A stretch of 64,000 nt of DNA from positions 352,001 through 416,000 of the forward strand of contig CBDCTK010000002.1 in assembly GCA_965222225.1 (NCBI GenBank). The letters are read 5' to 3'. Source of the DNA: Candidatus Poribacteria bacterium (GTDB lineage Bacteria; Poribacteria; WGA-4E; JAJDTR01). Under the pieces are notes generated by a model. The model saw only the letters and a list, made by a program, of their open reading frames with translations, had not been told where the DNA came from and did no database searches. A program made the translations under genes and the position numbers. Position 1 is the stretch's first letter. Every line of letters begins with the position of its first letter. Positions 59,902 to 64,000 of the stretch are shown here, in pieces.

Positions 59902-60934
59902 ACAGGGATTGACTTATGCCAGCGCTGGCGTTTCATTTAGCGCCAAAGAAGAGACTACCGATCGCCTAAAGCGCATCCTTAAATCAACTTATCGCGCCGA
60001 AGTCTTGAGCGAGGTTGGGCATTTTGGAGGCCTTTTTGCACTCGGAAACTACGACGAACCTGTTTTGGTCTCAAGCACGGACAGCGTTGGTACGAAACTA
60101 AAGATTGCCTTCATGACCGGACGTCATGACACTGTTGGGTTTGACATTGTTGCCCATTGCGCGAATGATATCCTTGTTCAAGGGGCAGAACCGCTGTTTT
60201 TCTTGGACTATATCGGCACGAGCAAGCTGTATCCGGACGTTGTGGAACAAATTGTTTCCGGACTGGCGGTGGGATGCCGGCAAATCGGTTGCGCGTTTAT
60301 TGGCGGTGAAACGGCGGAGTTGCCAGAGTTCTACAGGGAGGGCGAGTATGACCTTGTGGGGACAATTGTTGGCGTGGTAGAACGGTCCAATGTGATTACT
60401 GGGGATGAAATACGCCCTGGAGATCAGTTAATTGGTCTCGGTTCACTGGGTTTGCACACAAACGGTTTTTCCCTCGCGCGCCGGATTTTGCTGGATATTT
60501 GCGACTACAATCCTACCGACTATATTGCTGAGTTCGGGATGACGCTCGGGGAGGAATTGCTCAAGAATCATAAGAGCTATGTCAGCGCTATTCTGAAACT
60601 GCGAGAACATTGCAACATTAAAGGCATGGCACACATCACGGGTGGCGGTTTGCCGGGAAACCTAGTTCGTATATTGCCGTCAAGTTGCTCAGCAATAATT
60701 CATAAAGGCACGTGGGAGATTCTGCCGATTTTTGGGTTCCTTCAGAACAAAGGGTGCGTCGAATCGGACGAAATGTACCGTGTTTTCAATATGGGAATCG
60801 GCTTGGTGCTGGCAGTTTCAAGAGATCAGGTGGACACGGCAGTTGATGTGTTGACAGCGTCCGGCGAATCGCCGTTCCGTATTGGCGAGATTCTCGATGG
60901 GAAGAGGCAAGTCCAATTAGTCGAAATGGGTTAA
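59894..60934 (+). CDS. purM: AIR synthetase
   Basis: TYASAGV, STDSVGTK, GAEPLFFLDY, GGETAELP, GLHTNGFSL, AHITGGG, VFNMGIG. Confidence 0.97.
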   Translation: MTEQGLTYASAGVSFSAKEETTDRLKRILKSTYRAEVLSEVGHFGGLFALGNYDEPVLVSSTDSVGTKLKIAFMTGRHDTVGFDIVAHCANDILVQGAEPLFFLDYIGTSKLYPDVVEQIVSGLAVGCRQIGCAFIGGETAELPEFYREGEYDLVGTIVGVVERSNVITGDEIRPGDQLIGLGSLGLHTNGFSLARRILLDICDYNPTDYIAEFGMTLGEELLKNHKSYVSAILKLREHCNIKGMAHITGGGLPGNLVRILPSSCSAIIHKGTWEILPIFGFLQNKGCVESDEMYRVFNMGIGLVLAVSRDQVDTAVDVLTASGESPFRIGEILDGKRQVQLVEMG

Positions 60935-60983
60935 ACTCGTCGTAATTACTGAGATAAGCACTGATACATCCATTATCCATACT

Positions 60984-61823
60984 CTATGTCCGCTGCGCAA
61001 TTGCCAATTTCAGCGTGTTCTCTAGCAACATGGCGCGTGTCATCGGGCCCACTCCCCCCGGAACGGGGGTAATATATCCGGCTACTTCTCTTACCGATTC
61101 ATAATCGACATCCCCGGCGGCGCGATTATTAACTCGGGAGATTCCCACATCAATCACAACCACACCCTCCGAGACCATTGGTGCGGTAACTAATCCTGGC
61201 TTGCCGGCTGCCACCACCAAAATTTCCGCATTTCGAGTCTCTTCCGCGAAGTTCCGAGTCCGAGTATGACAGTATGTGACGGTGGCATTGCGATTGAGCA
61301 ACATCAATCCCACCGGTTTACCGACAAGGCTGCTTCGTCCTAAGCAAACGGCGCGTTTCCCTTCAATTTCTACACCTGTTGACTCAATTAAGCGGATAAC
61401 CCCCGTGGGCGTGCACGGCGTCACTCGCTCGCGATTGATGAGTAGGTTGCCCAAGTTAATAGGACTGAGGCCGTCAGCATCTTTTTCTGGTGAAATTGTG
61501 TCAATCACTGCTTGCTCATCTACCCCGCTCGGTAACGGCATTTGCACAATGATGCCATGAACATCCTCTCGCTCGTTGAGGAACTGAACTTGGTCGATGA
61601 TTTCCGCTTGGGTCGTTTTCGTTGGCGTTTTATAAACTTCCGAGTGGAAATTAACCCGTCTGCAATCTTTCTCCTTATTGGTGACATAGATTGTGGATGC
61701 GGGGTTGTCTCCTACCTGAACTACGGCAAGCCCCGGAGTGAAATCCAATTCCTTCACTCGGCGTCGGATCTGACTGCGAATCGATTTGGCTATCTGGCTA
61801 CCATCAATAATCTCGGATGACAT
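60984..61823 (-). CDS. folD: Bifunctional methylene-THF dehydrogenase/methenyl-THF cyclohydrolase
   Basis: PGLAVVQVG, GIIVQMPLP, EKDADG, PCTP, GRSSLVGKP, TPVPGGVGPMT. Confidence 0.97.
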   Translation of the reverse strand: MSSEIIDGSQIAKSIRSQIRRRVKELDFTPGLAVVQVGDNPASTIYVTNKEKDCRRVNFHSEVYKTPTKTTQAEIIDQVQFLNEREDVHGIIVQMPLPSGVDEQAVIDTISPEKDADGLSPINLGNLLINRERVTPCTPTGVIRLIESTGVEIEGKRAVCLGRSSLVGKPVGLMLLNRNATVTYCHTRTRNFAEETRNAEILVVAAGKPGLVTAPMVSEGVVVIDVGISRVNNRAAGDVDYESVREVAGYITPVPGGVGPMTRAMLLENTLKLAIAQRT

Positions 61824-62192
61824 CTGGTCGATACTCCCGTAATGAATTTAAATCGAGCCCTCAGACTTTTCGGGAAACGGTGATTGCCCCGTTCTCATTG
61901 ATCTATGATGACTTGGTGGTTTGTCGGGATAAAGATTTGTTCCGCATTAGAATACGCGGAGATTAATCCCTTGGTTAACATAGGCCTTCCATGAAAAGTA
62001 GGTTCGTATTTCTGATACTTGCACCTGTAACTCGTACAGTACGAATTATATCACATTCTCTCACGTCTTTTTGAGGTCTTTTTTCCCAATTCAAAGTTGG
62101 TATTGTTGTTTCTTTTATGTGGCGGTGTCCGTGCGGGGATTCGAATAAAGTTCGAAGATTCTTCACTATAATTCCGGCGAAAATATTCCATC

Positions 62193-62221
62193 TTGACATA
62201 TTAACTGAAATTTGGGATAAT
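62193..62221 (+). promoter_or_regulatory. Putative sigma70 promoter
   Basis: TTGACA-17 bp-GATAAT upstream of the FIST gene. Confidence 0.55.
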
Positions 62222-62279
62222 CGAATCTTGGTAGAGCATCGTCAGCATACGGAGAGATACGAAAGGAAGGGTAAGAATA

Positions 62280-63455
62280 ATGATGCGTGTTGGCGTTGGA
62301 CAGAGTCAAAGAACCGCTTTGGCAGATGCCCTTGAAGATGCCGTAACGATAGCAATGGGTAACGCGCAGCTGGCAAAAGCAGACTTGGCGGTTGTGTTCG
62401 CAACAGTGGATTATCAGGCAGACTATGGGCAACTTTTTCGTACGATTCATGAGGTTTCGGGGTGCGACCATCTTGTCGGTTGCAGTGGAATGAGTGTGCT
62501 CACTTCGGCGGGAGAGATTGAAGGTGAGCCTGCCGTTGCTGTCCTTGTCCTACGTTCAGACGATGTTTCGGCAATGCCCTTCTTGGTTTCATCAGATGAT
62601 TCCTCAATGATTGGAGCAGCGATACGTGAGCGCATCTCGCCCAAGCTTAACGAAAACTCGCTCCTAGTTGTGTTACCGGATGTACGTTGCATCAGCCCCG
62701 AAGCGCTTGTGCACCAAATCGGCGAGGATGGGAGCAGGCTTCCAATAGTGGGAGCAGCAGCTTCGGGCAGCCCGGACGGACAGTACATTTATGAGTGGCT
62801 TGATGGGGAGGTTGTGGAGGCGGGTGTCGCAGGGATGCTACTGACGGGTGCAATCCACACTGAAATAGGTGTGGCGCAGGGATGTCAACCAATTGGGCGC
62901 TCTCTCGAAATCACCCGTGCAGAAGGAAACGTGATTTACAAAGTCAATGGCGGGCCCGCGCTTGATGGTCTGCAGGGAGCACTTGAATCTCTGTCGACGG
63001 AAGTTCTTCGACAATCGGGACGTGTTGTGTTCATAGGCATTGCAATGGAAAAAGAAAATCCGGCGCCTCAACGTGGAGATTTTCTCGTTCGCAATGTAGT
63101 CGGCTATGACAAGGAAAGTGGAGCAATCGCTGTATCTGAAAGCGTATCGGAAGGCCAGCTTATACAATTTCATTTGCGAAATTCATCTTCCGCAGATAAA
63201 GAGATTCAAGAGATTGTCCTCGATCTGCATAAGCGAACACGCGAACAACCACCAGCCTTCGGAATGTATTTCAACTGCTTGGGGAGAGGAAAGGGATTGT
63301 ACGGGGAGGCGAATCACGATATCCGGATTATCAAGCAGAGATTTCCGGATCTTCCAGTTATCGGTTTCTTCGGTAATGCAGAATTTGCTCCAATCGGTGG
63401 TCGGAATTTTGCTCACGCCTATACCGGTGCACTTGTGCTCTGCTCCGAAGGGTGA
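62280..63455 (+). CDS. Stand-alone FIST N/C domain protein
   Basis: LVGCSG, VAQGCQPIG, ITRAEGNVI, DFLVRN, FNCLGRG, GFFGNAEFAP. Confidence 0.9.
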   Translation: MMRVGVGQSQRTALADALEDAVTIAMGNAQLAKADLAVVFATVDYQADYGQLFRTIHEVSGCDHLVGCSGMSVLTSAGEIEGEPAVAVLVLRSDDVSAMPFLVSSDDSSMIGAAIRERISPKLNENSLLVVLPDVRCISPEALVHQIGEDGSRLPIVGAAASGSPDGQYIYEWLDGEVVEAGVAGMLLTGAIHTEIGVAQGCQPIGRSLEITRAEGNVIYKVNGGPALDGLQGALESLSTEVLRQSGRVVFIGIAMEKENPAPQRGDFLVRNVVGYDKESGAIAVSESVSEGQLIQFHLRNSSSADKEIQEIVLDLHKRTREQPPAFGMYFNCLGRGKGLYGEANHDIRIIKQRFPDLPVIGFFGNAEFAPIGGRNFAHAYTGALVLCSEG

Positions 63456-63496
63456 TGTTACGTAGGTGAATTCGCTCTCCGCCGTTTTGAATTAAA

Positions 63497-64000
63497 TAGG
63501 AGTTACGCAGTTGGCTGAAGCGTATAAAGAGGTTGTGCCAAATAAGCCCGTACCGCATCTCTGACAATAGAGAGTTTTGCATCAAACCAACTGATACCGG
63601 TATGATAGCAATAGTGCTCAATTCTCAGAAAGGCTCTCAGCGCTAAACCGATATGATTTCTTTGAGTGCGAGCAGAGCGCACTTGTGCGCGTTCAATGCC
63701 AACAAATTGCTTAATCCCGCGATGATATTCTTCTATTGTCCAAGACCATTCGGCATATTTGAGACGCGTCAATTCGTCCATCTGTAAATCATTCGTTGCC
63801 CAATATTCAATGTCACCTTCTGGAGTGTCAACCTTAAATACTCGAATCAATCCATAGCCTTTGAGATGGACAATTGTACCTGTTGATTCACTCGGAAGCG
63901 TACTCACCGGACGGTTACCGGAATAATCTTTACTGACAAGTCGGTTGGCAGCTAGACGAGTAAGCCACTTCCAACCATGACCTCGCACCGCTTTTAGATT
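63497..64000 (-). mobile_element. IS701-family element (transposase C-terminal part, 63503 to window end)
   Basis: YWATND, W.IEEYHRGIKQ..G.ERAQ.R....QRNHI motifs; terminal repeat TAGGAGTTACGCAGTT overlaps the stop codon. Confidence 0.9.

Noticed and set aside
1-64000. tRNA, rRNA, prophage or defence-system genes
   Set aside because: None recognised by eye in any intergenic region or ORF; a tRNAscan/Infernal run would be needed to exclude them formally.

Overview
Bacterial chromosomal window of roughly 50% GC. The gene style (giant Ig-like and beta-propeller secreted proteins, a PorV-like barrel, DUF4159, GTAG-type REP hairpins) suggests Candidatus Poribacteria or a similar lineage; this is inference and was not checked. 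1-15.5 kb is an envelope/secreted-protein region: Ig-repeat protein with a T9SS-like C-terminal domain plus a PorV/PorQ barrel, TonB-dependent receptor plus DUF4249 lipoprotein, a 1431-aa propeller protein, DUF4159 and a candidate 6S-like RNA. 15.5-24 kb is a decayed, rearranged accessory zone with a high-GC gluzincin/propeller/barrel gene, a scrambled gene mosaic, an IS982-like element nested in a MITE and a frameshifted BCCT transporter. 24-64 kb is mostly housekeeping (fetAB-like, aroF, gltA-icd-mdh, mqnC, purC, purF, purM, folD) with a split corrinoid/folate methyltransferase cluster, a eukaryote-type glutamine-dependent NAD synthetase and a partial IS701. The most striking unannotated signal is a fixed-length 35-bp element (7 full and 2 truncated copies). 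It has a covarying hairpin with tandem G.A pairs and sits inside GTAG-type REP hairpins; one filled/empty pair in the window indicates a precise insertion without target duplication.
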